From Candidatus Methylomirabilota bacterium (lineage in GTDB: Bacteria > Methylomirabilota > Methylomirabilia > Rokubacteriales > CSP1-6): 60,036 nt of DNA. A model generated the notes under the pieces. That model made no database searches. It worked only from the letters and a program-made list of their open reading frames with translations, and was not told the origin of the DNA. Positions 9,168 to 18,611 of the stretch are shown piece after piece. The stretch spans positions 1 through 60,036 of the forward strand of contig JBKPCO010000068.1 of assembly GCA_046727415.1 (NCBI GenBank), given 5' to 3'. Position 1 is the stretch's first letter. Each line of letters starts with the position of its first letter. Made by a program: the position numbers and the translations under genes.

Positions 9168-10388
9168 ATGGACTCGCTGATCACGGCGGCGGCGCTGGCC
9201 CTCACCGCGGGTGATCCTCTCGGCGCGCTGAACCGTGTCGCCCTGCGCGACGACCCGCCCGCGCTGGCGCTGCGTGGCATCGCCATGGCGCAGCTCGGCG
9301 ATCTCGTCCGGGCGAAGAATCTCCTGCGGCGTGCCGCGCGCGCCTTCGGCCAGAGAGAGGCCGTCGCTCGCGCGCGGTGCATCGTCGCCGAGGCCGAGAT
9401 CGCGCTCGTCTCGCGCGACCTGGGCTGGCCCGCGACGGCGCTGGCCGCAGCCCGGGCCACACTCGAAGAGCACGGCGATCGCGCGAACGCCGCATATGCG
9501 CGGCACCTCGAAGTCCGGCGCCTGCTCTTGATCGGGCGCCTCGACGAAGCCGAGCGTACGCTTGCCGCGCTCGACCCCACGCCCTTCCCGCCCGCGTCGA
9601 GGACCGCCCACGAGCTAGTGGTGGCGGGGATCGCGATGCGACGCCTCCGGACGAAGGCGGCGGGGGCGGCGCTCGCTCGGGCCGAGCGCGCCGCGGGCTC
9701 AGTGCGGATCCCCGCGCTGACGGCGGAGGTCGAAAGCGCGTCCCGCGTCCTGAACACCCCGGCGGCGCGCCTGATCGCGAGGGGCGAGGAGCGTCTCCTC
9801 CGGCTCGAGGAGGTCGAGGCGCTGCTGGCATCGAAGGCGCTCATCGTGGACGCGTGCCGTCGCGTCGTGCGGGACGCCGGCACGGTGGTCTCGCTTGCGC
9901 GGCGTCCGGTGTTGTTCGCCCTCGCGCGCACGTTGGGCGAAGCGTGGCCGGCAGACGTGCCGAGGGACATCCTCGTCGCGCGAGCATTCGGCGCGAAGAA
10001 CGCCGATGAATCGTTTCGCGCGCGGCTGCGAGTCGAGGTCGGGCGCCTCCGCGCGGCGCTCCGGAAGCTGGCGGGGCCAGCCGCGACGAAGCGAGGATTT
10101 GCGCTGGCGCCGCGCCGCGCTCGCGAGGTGGTCGTGCTGGCGCCGCCTGTCGAAGGTGAGCATGCGGCGGTGCTGGCCTTCCTCGCCGACGGCGAGTCGT
10201 GGTCGAGCTCGGCCCTGGCGCTTGCGCTTGGAGCCAGCCAGCGAACCGTGCAGCGGGCACTCGACTCGCTGGCGGCCTCCGACAAGGTACACTCGTTCGG
10301 TCGCGGGCGAGCGCGCCGCTGGATGACCCCGCCCGTCCCGGGATTCACGACGACGTTGTTACTCCCCGCTCCACTGCCGAGTGGTTAG
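9168..10388 (+). CDS. large helical-repeat / helix-turn-helix transcriptional regulator (uncharacterised family)
   Basis: MDSLITAAALAL..GDPLGALNRVALRDD N-terminus, winged-HTH-like RARLRVEVGRLR, C-terminal HTH WSSSALALALGASQRTVQRAL. Confidence 0.75.
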   Translation: MDSLITAAALALTAGDPLGALNRVALRDDPPALALRGIAMAQLGDLVRAKNLLRRAARAFGQREAVARARCIVAEAEIALVSRDLGWPATALAAARATLEEHGDRANAAYARHLEVRRLLLIGRLDEAERTLAALDPTPFPPASRTAHELVVAGIAMRRLRTKAAGAALARAERAAGSVRIPALTAEVESASRVLNTPAARLIARGEERLLRLEEVEALLASKALIVDACRRVVRDAGTVVSLARRPVLFALARTLGEAWPADVPRDILVARAFGAKNADESFRARLRVEVGRLRAALRKLAGPAATKRGFALAPRRAREVVVLAPPVEGEHAAVLAFLADGESWSSSALALALGASQRTVQRALDSLAASDKVHSFGRGRARRWMTPPVPGFTTTLLLPAPLPSG

Positions 10389-10391
10389 GAT
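10356..10391 (+). promoter_or_regulatory. motif copy C (TTGTTACTCCC-N19-TAGGAT), probable leaderless promoter
   Basis: same 11-mer as copies A and B; -10-like TAGGAT 6 nt before ATG 10398, no SD. Confidence 0.5.
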
Positions 10392-10397
10392 GGGCGC

Positions 10398-11048
10398 ATG
10401 AGCCGATCAACCGCCCAGATCGTCCGCGAGTATGGCCCCTTCCCAGGTGCCGACCACGTGCACGGCGTCACGTATGACGGCCAGCACGTCTGGTTCGCTG
10501 CCGGAGACAAGCTGATCGCCTTCGATCCATCGAGCGGGAAAGCGCTGCGCTCGATCGAGGTCGCCGCGCATGCCGGAACGGCCTTCGACGGCCAGCATCT
10601 GTACCAGATCGTCGAGGATCGCATCGAGAAGATCGATCCGGCGACGGGCCGTGTGCTCGCCGCGATCCCGGCGCCCGGGCGTGGCGGAAACTCAGGGCTC
10701 GCGTGGGCCGAAGGAACGCTCTGGGTGGGGCAGTATCGGGACCGGAAGATCTATCAGGTCGATCCCCAGACCGGGACGATTCTTCGCACGATCGAGTCCA
10801 GGCGATTCGTCACCGGGGTCACCTGGGTCGACGGAGAGCTCTGGCACGGCACCTGGGAAGGTGACGAGAGCGATTTGAGGCGAGTCGATCCCCGGACCGG
10901 AGACGTTCTGGAGACGCTCGAGATGCCGCCCGGCGTGTTCGTTTCGGGGCTCGAGTCCGATGGCCGCGATCAGTTCTTCTGCGGCGGCGGAAGCAGCGGG
11001 AAGGTTCGGGCGGTCCGCCGGCCCAGGCGAGGCTCCTCGCGCAAGTAG
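10398..11048 (+). CDS. beta-propeller protein (glutamine cyclotransferase-like)
   Basis: repeated HGVTYDGQHVW / AGTAFDGQHLY / SGLAWAEGTLW / TGVTWVDGELW blades with IDPxTG. Confidence 0.8.
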   Translation: MSRSTAQIVREYGPFPGADHVHGVTYDGQHVWFAAGDKLIAFDPSSGKALRSIEVAAHAGTAFDGQHLYQIVEDRIEKIDPATGRVLAAIPAPGRGGNSGLAWAEGTLWVGQYRDRKIYQVDPQTGTILRTIESRRFVTGVTWVDGELWHGTWEGDESDLRRVDPRTGDVLETLEMPPGVFVSGLESDGRDQFFCGGGSSGKVRAVRRPRRGSSRK

Positions 11049-11188
11049 CGCCAAACCAGCACGCTGTCGAAGTAGCCAGTCGGTCTTCACAATGTCACTC
11101 ATCGAGTGTGCCCCCGCCTGCCGCGGACACGCGAGAAGAGTATGATCGTGGCACCCGATGCAGAGCTGCGATACGAGGAGGCGCGGCG

Positions 11189-12559
11189 ATGGCGACGATC
11201 TCGAAGACGAGGACACCCCGCGCGCTCGCGCAGACGGCTCGGTGGGCCGAGCCGGGCTCGAAGTCGGCGGCGCTCTTCGCGCGCGCCCAGGGCGTGTTGC
11301 CGGGGGGCAACTCGCGGACGACTGTCTACATGGCGCCGTACCCGCCGTACGCGGCCGCCGGGGAAGGCTGCTGGATCACCGATGTCGAGGGCGACCGACG
11401 CCTGGACTGCCTGAACAACTACACGGCGCTGATCCACGGCCACGCCCACCCGGCGATCGTCGAAGCGGCGACCCGCCGGCTCGCCCTCGGCGCGTCGTTT
11501 CCGATGCCGACCCCCGAGGAGATCGATCTGGCGGCGCTTCTCTGCGAGCGGCTGCCCTCGGCGGAGCGGGTGCGGTTCACCAACTCGGGCAGCGAAGCGG
11601 TGATGATCGCGGTCAAGGGCGCGCGCGCCTTCACGGGCCGACCCAAGATCGCAAAGTTCGAGGGCGCGTACCACGGCTCGTATGACTACGTCGAGGTGAG
11701 CCTCGGATCGACTCCCGAGACCTGGGGGAGTCTGGCGGCGCCCGCCAGCACCGCGTACTCGAAGGGGACGCCGCCGGCGGTGCTCGAGGACGTCGTCGTG
11801 CTGCCGTTCAATCACACGGAGCAAGCGGTTGCGCGCATCGAGCGCGAGGCCGGGCGCCTGGCAGCAGTGGTGGTGGATCCGGTCCCCAACCGCGTCGGCC
11901 TCGTCCCCGCCCGGACCGAGTTCTTGCAGGCCCTCCGCACCGTGACGAGAGCGCACGGGATCGTGCTTATATTTGACGAGGTCATCTCGTTCCGCGCCGG
12001 TTATCACGGCGCACAGGGCGCTCTGGGCGTGACACCGGACATGACCACACTCGGCAAGATCATCGGCGGCGGCTTTCCCGTGGGCGCCGTGGCGGGACGG
12101 GCCGACGTCATGGCAGTGTTCGATCCGACGCGGGGCGGGCCGCCGCCCGCGCCGCACGGCGGAACGTTCAACGCCAACCCGGTCACGATGGCCGCCGGCC
12201 TGGCCGCGATGCGGCTCCTGACACCCGATGCCTTCGCCCGGCTCGCCGACCTGGGCGCCAAGCTCCGCGCGAGCCTCGACGACTGCTTCAAGCAGGCCGG
12301 GGTCCCCGGGCGCGTCACCGGGCTGGGCTCGCTGTTCCGCCTTCATGCGGTGGATCGCGAGCTGAGCGACTATCGGAGCGCGCGAGCCACGCCCGCCGAA
12401 TCCGAGCGCCTGGTTCGGCTGGTGCGCCGGCTCATGGAGCACGGCGTGCTCATGTCGATCACCGGGCTCGGGTGTCTCTCGACGCCGATGGGTGACGCCG
12501 AGCTCGAGGGCCTCGTGGAGACGTTCGCCGCCGTCCTCGCAATGGAACGGAAGGCGTGA
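11189..12559 (+). CDS. class III PLP aminotransferase (GSA aminomutase-like)
   Basis: FTNSGSEA, AKFEGAYHGS, LIFDEVISFR, TTLGKIIGGGFPVGA, HGGTFNANP. Confidence 0.92.
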   Translation: MATISKTRTPRALAQTARWAEPGSKSAALFARAQGVLPGGNSRTTVYMAPYPPYAAAGEGCWITDVEGDRRLDCLNNYTALIHGHAHPAIVEAATRRLALGASFPMPTPEEIDLAALLCERLPSAERVRFTNSGSEAVMIAVKGARAFTGRPKIAKFEGAYHGSYDYVEVSLGSTPETWGSLAAPASTAYSKGTPPAVLEDVVVLPFNHTEQAVARIEREAGRLAAVVVDPVPNRVGLVPARTEFLQALRTVTRAHGIVLIFDEVISFRAGYHGAQGALGVTPDMTTLGKIIGGGFPVGAVAGRADVMAVFDPTRGGPPPAPHGGTFNANPVTMAAGLAAMRLLTPDAFARLADLGAKLRASLDDCFKQAGVPGRVTGLGSLFRLHAVDRELSDYRSARATPAESERLVRLVRRLMEHGVLMSITGLGCLSTPMGDAELEGLVETFAAVLAMERKA

Positions 12560-14619
12560 GCCGTTTCCGCGTCGCGGTCGACATCGGCGGCACCTTCACC
12601 GACATCGTCTTCCTCGACGCCGACGGACGCCTGCACATCAAGAAGGTGTCGTCCAGCGTGGACGACTACGCCCGCGCCATCGTCGACGGGCTCCGCGAGG
12701 TGTTCGACGAGACCGGGCTCGGCGGTCGCGACGTGGTCGAGGTGCTGCACGGTACCACGGTCGCGTCCAACGCGCTGCTCGAGCTGCGCGGGGCCAGGAC
12801 GGGACTCATCACCACCCGCGGCTTTCGCGACGTCCTCGAGATCCGGCGTCTGCGCATGCCGCGCCTCTACGACCTCACCTGGGAGAAGCCGCCAACTCTG
12901 GTCGAGCGCCGCCTGCGGATGGAGGTGAGCGAGCGGATCGACGCTCGCGGCGCGGTCCAGCAGCCGCTCGACGAGGGCGACGTGGAGCGCGCCATCGACC
13001 GGCTGCTGGCACAAGGCATCGAGGCGCTGTCCGTGTGCCTGCTCAACGCCTGGGCGAACCCCGTCCACGAGCAACGCATCAAGTCGATCGTCGATCGGCG
13101 CGCCCCAGGCCTGCCCTTGTGCATCAGTAGCGAGGTGCTACCGGAGATCAAGGAATACGAGCGAACGTCGACCACGGTGATCAACACGTACGTCCTGCCG
13201 ATCGTCCGCCGCTACCTGGCGACGCTCCGGACGGGTCTCGATGGGATCGGTGTGCGCGGCCCGCTCTTGATCATGCAGTCCAACGGCGGATTGATGACCG
13301 ATGCGGCGGCGGCCGCGATGCCGATGCACATCATCGAGTCGGGGCCGGCCGCCGGTGTCGTCGGGGCTCAGGCGCTGGCCCGGCGTATCGGGTTCGACAA
13401 GCTGATCACGTTCGACATGGGCGGCACCACCGCCAAGGCATCGATCGTCGAGGACGGCGCGGTCAGCCGGGCCACCGAATATCAGGTGGGCGGCGGGATC
13501 ATGCACGGCTCGCGGCTGCTCACCGGAAGCGGCTATCTGCTCCGGGTCCCCGCCATCGACCTCGCCGAGGTCGGCGCCGGCGGCGGCTCGATCGTCTGGC
13601 GCGATGCGGGCGGCGCGTTGCAGGTCGGCCCGCGCAGCGCGGGGGCGTCCCCCGGGCCGCTCTGCTACGACCTCGGCGGCACCGAGCCGACCATCACCGA
13701 CGCCAACATCGTGCTCGGCTACCTGAACCCGACGGCGCTGGCCGGCGGCGCCGTGAAGCTCAACGCGGCTCGGTCGCACGAGGTTTTCCAGGAGCGGGTC
13801 GCGGCGCCGCTCGGGCTATCGCTCGCCGAGGCGGCGTACGGCGCACATCTGATCGCGGCGTCGAACATGATGCGCGCCATTCGCGCGGTCTCGAGCGAGC
13901 GCGGTCGCGACCCGCGCGAGTATGCGCTGTTCGCCTTCGGCGGCAACGGGCCGTTGTTCGCCGCCGGGATGGCGCGAGCGCTCGAGATGACGCGCGTCGT
14001 CGTCCCGCCTGCGCCCGGGCTCTTCTCGGCCTTCGGCCTGCTCTATTCCGAGGTCGAGCACCACTACGTCCGCACGTGGCGCCGGCCGGCGCGCGGCCTC
14101 GATCCGGCCGAGCTGGCCGAGGCGTTCGGACGCCTGGAGGACGAGGCGCGCCGTCAGCTCGCCGCCGAGGGATTCACCGGCGCGGCCGTTCGCATCGCGC
14201 ACTCGGCGGACTGCCGGTACCAGGGGCAGTCGTTCGAGCTGACCGTGCCTGTGACGGCGGGCGCGTCGATCGAGGAAGGGTTCGGGCGCGAGCACGAGCG
14301 CACGTACGGACACCGCGCGGGCGCCGACGAGCCGGTCGAGATCGTGAGCCTGCGCGTCGTCGGCCAAGGCCTGAGTGACCGGCCGCGTGTCCCCGAGTGC
14401 GTGCAGATCGGCCGGAGCGCGGGCACGCTCGGCGGCTCGCGGCGCGTGTACTTCGGCCAGCGCGACGGCTGGATCGTGACACCCATCCTGACGCGCGGCG
14501 ATCTCGGGACGCCTCGCGATGGTCCGGCGATCATCGAGGAGTACGACGCGACGTGCGTGGTGCCACCGGGCGCCAGGGCTGCGCTCGACCTCTCGGGCAA
14601 CATCGTGATGGAGGTCTGA
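12556..14619 (+). CDS. hydantoinase/oxoprolinase family subunit A
   Basis: VDIGGTFTD, HGTTVASNA, ESGPAAG, FDMGGTT, GAGGGSI. Confidence 0.95.
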   Translation: MSRFRVAVDIGGTFTDIVFLDADGRLHIKKVSSSVDDYARAIVDGLREVFDETGLGGRDVVEVLHGTTVASNALLELRGARTGLITTRGFRDVLEIRRLRMPRLYDLTWEKPPTLVERRLRMEVSERIDARGAVQQPLDEGDVERAIDRLLAQGIEALSVCLLNAWANPVHEQRIKSIVDRRAPGLPLCISSEVLPEIKEYERTSTTVINTYVLPIVRRYLATLRTGLDGIGVRGPLLIMQSNGGLMTDAAAAAMPMHIIESGPAAGVVGAQALARRIGFDKLITFDMGGTTAKASIVEDGAVSRATEYQVGGGIMHGSRLLTGSGYLLRVPAIDLAEVGAGGGSIVWRDAGGALQVGPRSAGASPGPLCYDLGGTEPTITDANIVLGYLNPTALAGGAVKLNAARSHEVFQERVAAPLGLSLAEAAYGAHLIAASNMMRAIRAVSSERGRDPREYALFAFGGNGPLFAAGMARALEMTRVVVPPAPGLFSAFGLLYSEVEHHYVRTWRRPARGLDPAELAEAFGRLEDEARRQLAAEGFTGAAVRIAHSADCRYQGQSFELTVPVTAGASIEEGFGREHERTYGHRAGADEPVEIVSLRVVGQGLSDRPRVPECVQIGRSAGTLGGSRRVYFGQRDGWIVTPILTRGDLGTPRDGPAIIEEYDATCVVPPGARAALDLSGNIVMEV

Positions 14620-14621
14620 CG

Positions 14622-16391
14622 GTGGCCGCGCGACTCTCCGATCCCATCGGGTTCGAGCTGTTCAAGAACACGCTCCTGTCCATCGCCGACGAGATGGCAC
14701 TCACAATCTTGAGGACCGCGTACTCCGGTGTGCTCAAGGACAACATGGACTACTCCACGGCTTTCTGCGACGCCGAGGGGCGGACGGTCGCGCAGGGCCT
14801 GACCTTGCCCGGTCACCTGTCGTCGTTTCCCGATGCGCTCGCCGCCACGATCCGACGCTACGGCGACCGCATGCGGCCGGGGGACGTCTACGCGCTCAAC
14901 GATCCCTTCGAAGGCGGGATGCATCTGCCCGACGTGTTCATCCTCAAGCCGATCTTCCACGACGGACGACGGGTGGCCTTCGCCGCCACCATCTGCCACC
15001 AGACCGATATGGGCGGCCGGGTGGCCGGCTCGAATGCATCGGACTCGACCGAGATCTTCCAGGAAGGGCTTCGCATCCCGCCCGTCAAGATGTACGACGC
15101 CGGCGAGCCGAACGAGACCTTCTTTCGCATTCTGGAGAAGAACGTCCGCATGCCGGTGCGCGTGTTCGGCGACATGCGTGCGCAGCTCTCGGCCTGCCAT
15201 ATTGCTGAAGAAGCATTCGCGCGGCTGATCGCCAAGCACGGCGTTGCGCAGGTGTCGGCCTACATGGAAGAGATCCTCGACTACACCGAACGACTGACGC
15301 GCGCGGCGATCGCCGAGCTCCCGGACGGCGAGTGGAGCTTCACTGACTGGATCGACGACGACGGCATCGACTTCGGCACGCCGATCCCGCTCACGGTTGC
15401 CTTGAAGAAGCACGGTGATCAGATGACGGCGGACTGGACCGGCACCTCACCTCAGGTGAAGGGCGCCATCAACAACACCCTGTCGTTCACCCGCGCCGCC
15501 ACCTATACCTGTCTCAAGTCGGTCCTGCCCCACGAGATCCTCTGCAACGCCGGCTTCTACCGCGCCATCGAGGTCATCGCGCCGGCGGGGACGATCGCCA
15601 ACGCGGTACCGCCCGCGGCCTGCGCCGCTCGCGGCCTGACCGGGTTTCGCATGGTCGACACCGTCTTCGGCGCCCTCGCGCAGATGCTGCCCGACCGGGT
15701 GATCGCGGCCTCCGAGGGAGGCAACACCGGCGTGAGCATCGGCGGCTATCACGCGGATCGCACGCCGTTCATCTTCGTGGAGTTCATCTGCTCGGCCTGG
15801 GGCGGGCGGCCGTGGGCCGACGGACTCGACGGCAACGCCAACCTCTTCGCGAACATGTCGCTGCCCTCTGCCGAGGTCACCGAGACTGAGCAGCCGCTCG
15901 AGATTCTGTGCTGCGAGCTGATCCCCGACGTGGGCGGCCCCGGCCGGCATCGCGGCGGGATGTCGATCCGCCGCGCCTACCGGCTCACCGAGGACGAGGC
16001 CGTGCTTCAGGTACGCGCCGATCGCCACACGTTTCGTCCTTACGGGCTGTACGGCGGCGCGCCGGGCAAGCCATCACGGAATCGACTGATTACCGATGGT
16101 CGCGAGCGGGAGCTCACAGCCAAGGTCACCATGACTCCGATGCGCCGTGGCGACGTCTTCATCCACGATCAGCCCGGGCCCGGCGGCTGGGGCGATCCGC
16201 TCGAACGCGATCCGCTTCGGGTGCTGCGCGACGTCGCCAACGAGCTGGTCAGCCCGCCCGCGGCGCGTGATGATTACGGTGTCGTAATCGACCCGTCCGG
16301 CTCCGCTGTGGACGAGGACGCCACGATCCGGCGGCGAGCCGAGCTGCGGGCGGCACGCGGCTGGGCCACGCCGCCTATCATCAGCCGCTGA
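14622..16391 (+). CDS. hydantoinase B/oxoprolinase family subunit
   Basis: RTAYS...DYST, NDPFEGGMHLPD, HQTDMGG, IFQEGLRIPP, GGGWGDPLER; GTG start after GGAGG. Confidence 0.95.
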   Translation: MAARLSDPIGFELFKNTLLSIADEMALTILRTAYSGVLKDNMDYSTAFCDAEGRTVAQGLTLPGHLSSFPDALAATIRRYGDRMRPGDVYALNDPFEGGMHLPDVFILKPIFHDGRRVAFAATICHQTDMGGRVAGSNASDSTEIFQEGLRIPPVKMYDAGEPNETFFRILEKNVRMPVRVFGDMRAQLSACHIAEEAFARLIAKHGVAQVSAYMEEILDYTERLTRAAIAELPDGEWSFTDWIDDDGIDFGTPIPLTVALKKHGDQMTADWTGTSPQVKGAINNTLSFTRAATYTCLKSVLPHEILCNAGFYRAIEVIAPAGTIANAVPPAACAARGLTGFRMVDTVFGALAQMLPDRVIAASEGGNTGVSIGGYHADRTPFIFVEFICSAWGGRPWADGLDGNANLFANMSLPSAEVTETEQPLEILCCELIPDVGGPGRHRGGMSIRRAYRLTEDEAVLQVRADRHTFRPYGLYGGAPGKPSRNRLITDGRERELTAKVTMTPMRRGDVFIHDQPGPGGWGDPLERDPLRVLRDVANELVSPPAARDDYGVVIDPSGSAVDEDATIRRRAELRAARGWATPPIISR

Positions 16392-18420
16392 CGCGCGGCA
16401 GCGGTGAGACCTCGACTCGGGCGTCGTAGGCTGATTGGCCTGTGGTGAAGGGAAAGAGCCCGGCCGCCTCGTCCGGGATGGCAGGCGCTCCGCTGGTGAG
16501 GTCGTTGATGCCGCGCCAACCGTCGCGCATCCACACGATGCCGGCGGCGATCTTGTCGGTCACCCGCGCCCGAGCTTCGAGCGCGCCGCGCTCGTTGTGA
16601 ATGCGGATGGCCGCGCCGTCGGTCACGCCGCGCGCGGCGGCGTCGGCCGGTGAGATCCACAGCACGGGCTCGGCGTCGGCCCTGGCCAGCGACGGCAGCG
16701 CGCGCCCGTGATCGTAAAAGCCGTGAAAGTGCGCGAGCGTGCGTCCCTGGCGAAACGCCAGCGGATAGGGCGACGACGGCAGCGGCTCGTACACCGGCAG
16801 CGCCGGCAGCCCGTGGCGCTTCGCTCGCTCCGAGACGAACTCGACCTTCCCCGACGGCGTGTCGAACGCGAGCGTCGGATAGGCGACGTGCGAGACGTTC
16901 TGCGGATGGATGCCGCCGGCGGCGCGGATCCGGGCGACGGTCGCGCCGCCGGTGGCGGGGTGATCGAGGACGGCGTCGATCATGCCCTCGTCCGACTCCC
17001 ACGGGAAGAAGTCGCCGAGGTCGAGCCGCCGCGCGAGCTGACGCAGCACCCATGACGCCGAGCGCGCCTCGCCGGGCGGCTCGAGTGCCTGCGGCATCAG
17101 GTAGAGGTGGGTGTTCGTGGCCTTCATGCCCACCTCTTCCAGCCACGACGTGGCGGGCAGGAGCACGTCCGCGCACTCGCGCGCGGTGTCGCTCATGAAC
17201 AGGTCGTGCACCGCCACGAGATCACAGCCGCGCAGCCCGGCCACGACCTGGTTCGAGTCGGCGAACGACGAGACCATGTTCGTGCCCCACAGGAGCATCA
17301 CGCGGATGCGTCCGTCCACGAGCGCCTCCGTGATGCGGGGCATCTGGTCGATGACGTAGTCGCCGGGCGGCCGCCGCTCGTTGGCCGAGATGCTGGCGAG
17401 CCCGTGGCCGTGCGAGGTCGAGCCGTGGCGCGGGCCGAACCCGCCGCCGGGCACGCCGAGGTTGCCGGTGAGCGCGGGCAAGCACGCGACGGCACGTCCT
17501 GCCTGCCAGCCGTTGGCGCCTTTGTACATCGAGCTGCCGCCGATCACGATCATGGCCGGACGCGTGGTCGCGTAGCGGCGCGCGAGAGACTCGATCCGCG
17601 CGCCGGAGATGCCGGTGATCGCCTCCGCCCACGCCGGCGAGTGCGCCCGCACGTGGGCCGCCAGCTCGTCGAAGCCGAGCGTGTGCCGCTCGACGAACGC
17701 GCGGTCGTGCAGGCCGTCGCGCACGATCACGTGCATCATCGCCAGGGCCAGCGCCGCGTCCGTTCCCGGGCGGAGCACGAAAACCTCGTCGGACTGGGCG
17801 GCCGCCTCGGTCTCGCGCACGTCCATGGTGACGACGTGGGCGCCGCGCCGGCGGGCCGCGGCCAGGTGCCGCGCGGTGTTCGGCTGGCTCGCCAGGTTGG
17901 CGCCCCAGAGAAGGATGAGATCGGCGTGGGCGCCCATGTCCTCCTTGGTGCTCGTCTCCAGCACGCCGGTGAGGCCGAGGCCGAAGCCGCCTAGGCCCCA
18001 GCAGATCATCTGTGAGCCCCACGTCTGGCAGCCGTAGTGATTGGCAAAGCGCCGGACGAGATTCCCGGTGAGCCGCATGCCGTAGTTGTTCGCGGCAACG
18101 CCGTGGCCCGTCCACGTCGCCACCGCCAGCCGGCCGGCCTCGCGCATCCGCGCGGCGATCCGGTCAAGCACCTCGTCCCAGCCGACCCGCCGCCACTCCC
18201 CGCCGCCCCGCCGATCGCGCACCATGGGATGGAGCAGCCGCGCCGGATTGCCGATGATCTCCTTCGACGCCTGGCCTCGGACGCAGAGGAATCCCTGGCT
18301 GTCGGGATTATCCGGATCGCCCTTGACCGACAGCAAGCGGCCGTCCTCGATCTCCACGAGCATCCCGCAGAGCGTCGGGTGGCAGTTCATCGGGCACATC
18401 GTGCGCACCACCGTGCTCAC
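16381..18420 (-). CDS. molybdopterin-dependent oxidoreductase (DMSO reductase family)
   Basis: N-terminal CPMNCHPTLC...GFLCVRG Fe-S motif, LRPGTDAALA, ADVLLPATSWLE, FDTPSGKVEF, C-terminal Mo-dinucleotide domain. Confidence 0.92.
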   Translation of the reverse strand: MSTVVRTMCPMNCHPTLCGMLVEIEDGRLLSVKGDPDNPDSQGFLCVRGQASKEIIGNPARLLHPMVRDRRGGGEWRRVGWDEVLDRIAARMREAGRLAVATWTGHGVAANNYGMRLTGNLVRRFANHYGCQTWGSQMICWGLGGFGLGLTGVLETSTKEDMGAHADLILLWGANLASQPNTARHLAAARRRGAHVVTMDVRETEAAAQSDEVFVLRPGTDAALALAMMHVIVRDGLHDRAFVERHTLGFDELAAHVRAHSPAWAEAITGISGARIESLARRYATTRPAMIVIGGSSMYKGANGWQAGRAVACLPALTGNLGVPGGGFGPRHGSTSHGHGLASISANERRPPGDYVIDQMPRITEALVDGRIRVMLLWGTNMVSSFADSNQVVAGLRGCDLVAVHDLFMSDTARECADVLLPATSWLEEVGMKATNTHLYLMPQALEPPGEARSASWVLRQLARRLDLGDFFPWESDEGMIDAVLDHPATGGATVARIRAAGGIHPQNVSHVAYPTLAFDTPSGKVEFVSERAKRHGLPALPVYEPLPSSPYPLAFRQGRTLAHFHGFYDHGRALPSLARADAEPVLWISPADAAARGVTDGAAIRIHNERGALEARARVTDKIAAGIVWMRDGWRGINDLTSGAPAIPDEAAGLFPFTTGQSAYDARVEVSPLPRVSG

Positions 18421-18436
18421 TGGCCGCGGGCCTCCG

Positions 18437-18535
18437 CTAGCGAAGACGCCCGGCGGCGCGCAGACGGCGCTTCTTCTGCTTCTTCTTGAAGGCGGCGCGC
18501 TTGCGCGCGGTCTTCCGGCGATTCCTATCGGACAT
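18437..18535 (-). CDS. 32-aa highly basic peptide MSDRNRRKTARKRAAFKKKQKKRRLRAAGRLR
   Basis: own translation; GAGGAG RBS 6 nt upstream of ATG; below the ORF-track size cut-off. Confidence 0.7.
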   Translation of the reverse strand: MSDRNRRKTARKRAAFKKKQKKRRLRAAGRLR

Positions 18536-18611
18536 GGCTGTCTCCTCTCATCGAGCTCGGTCACCCCAAGGCTACGACACCGTCGAGCCTCGGTACAGAT
18601 GATTCGGGGCG

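Noticed and set aside
16381-18420. Assignment as arsenite oxidase AioA or respiratory arsenate reductase ArrA
   Set aside because: No Tat signal, no Rieske or ferredoxin partner gene, and it is shorter than those enzymes
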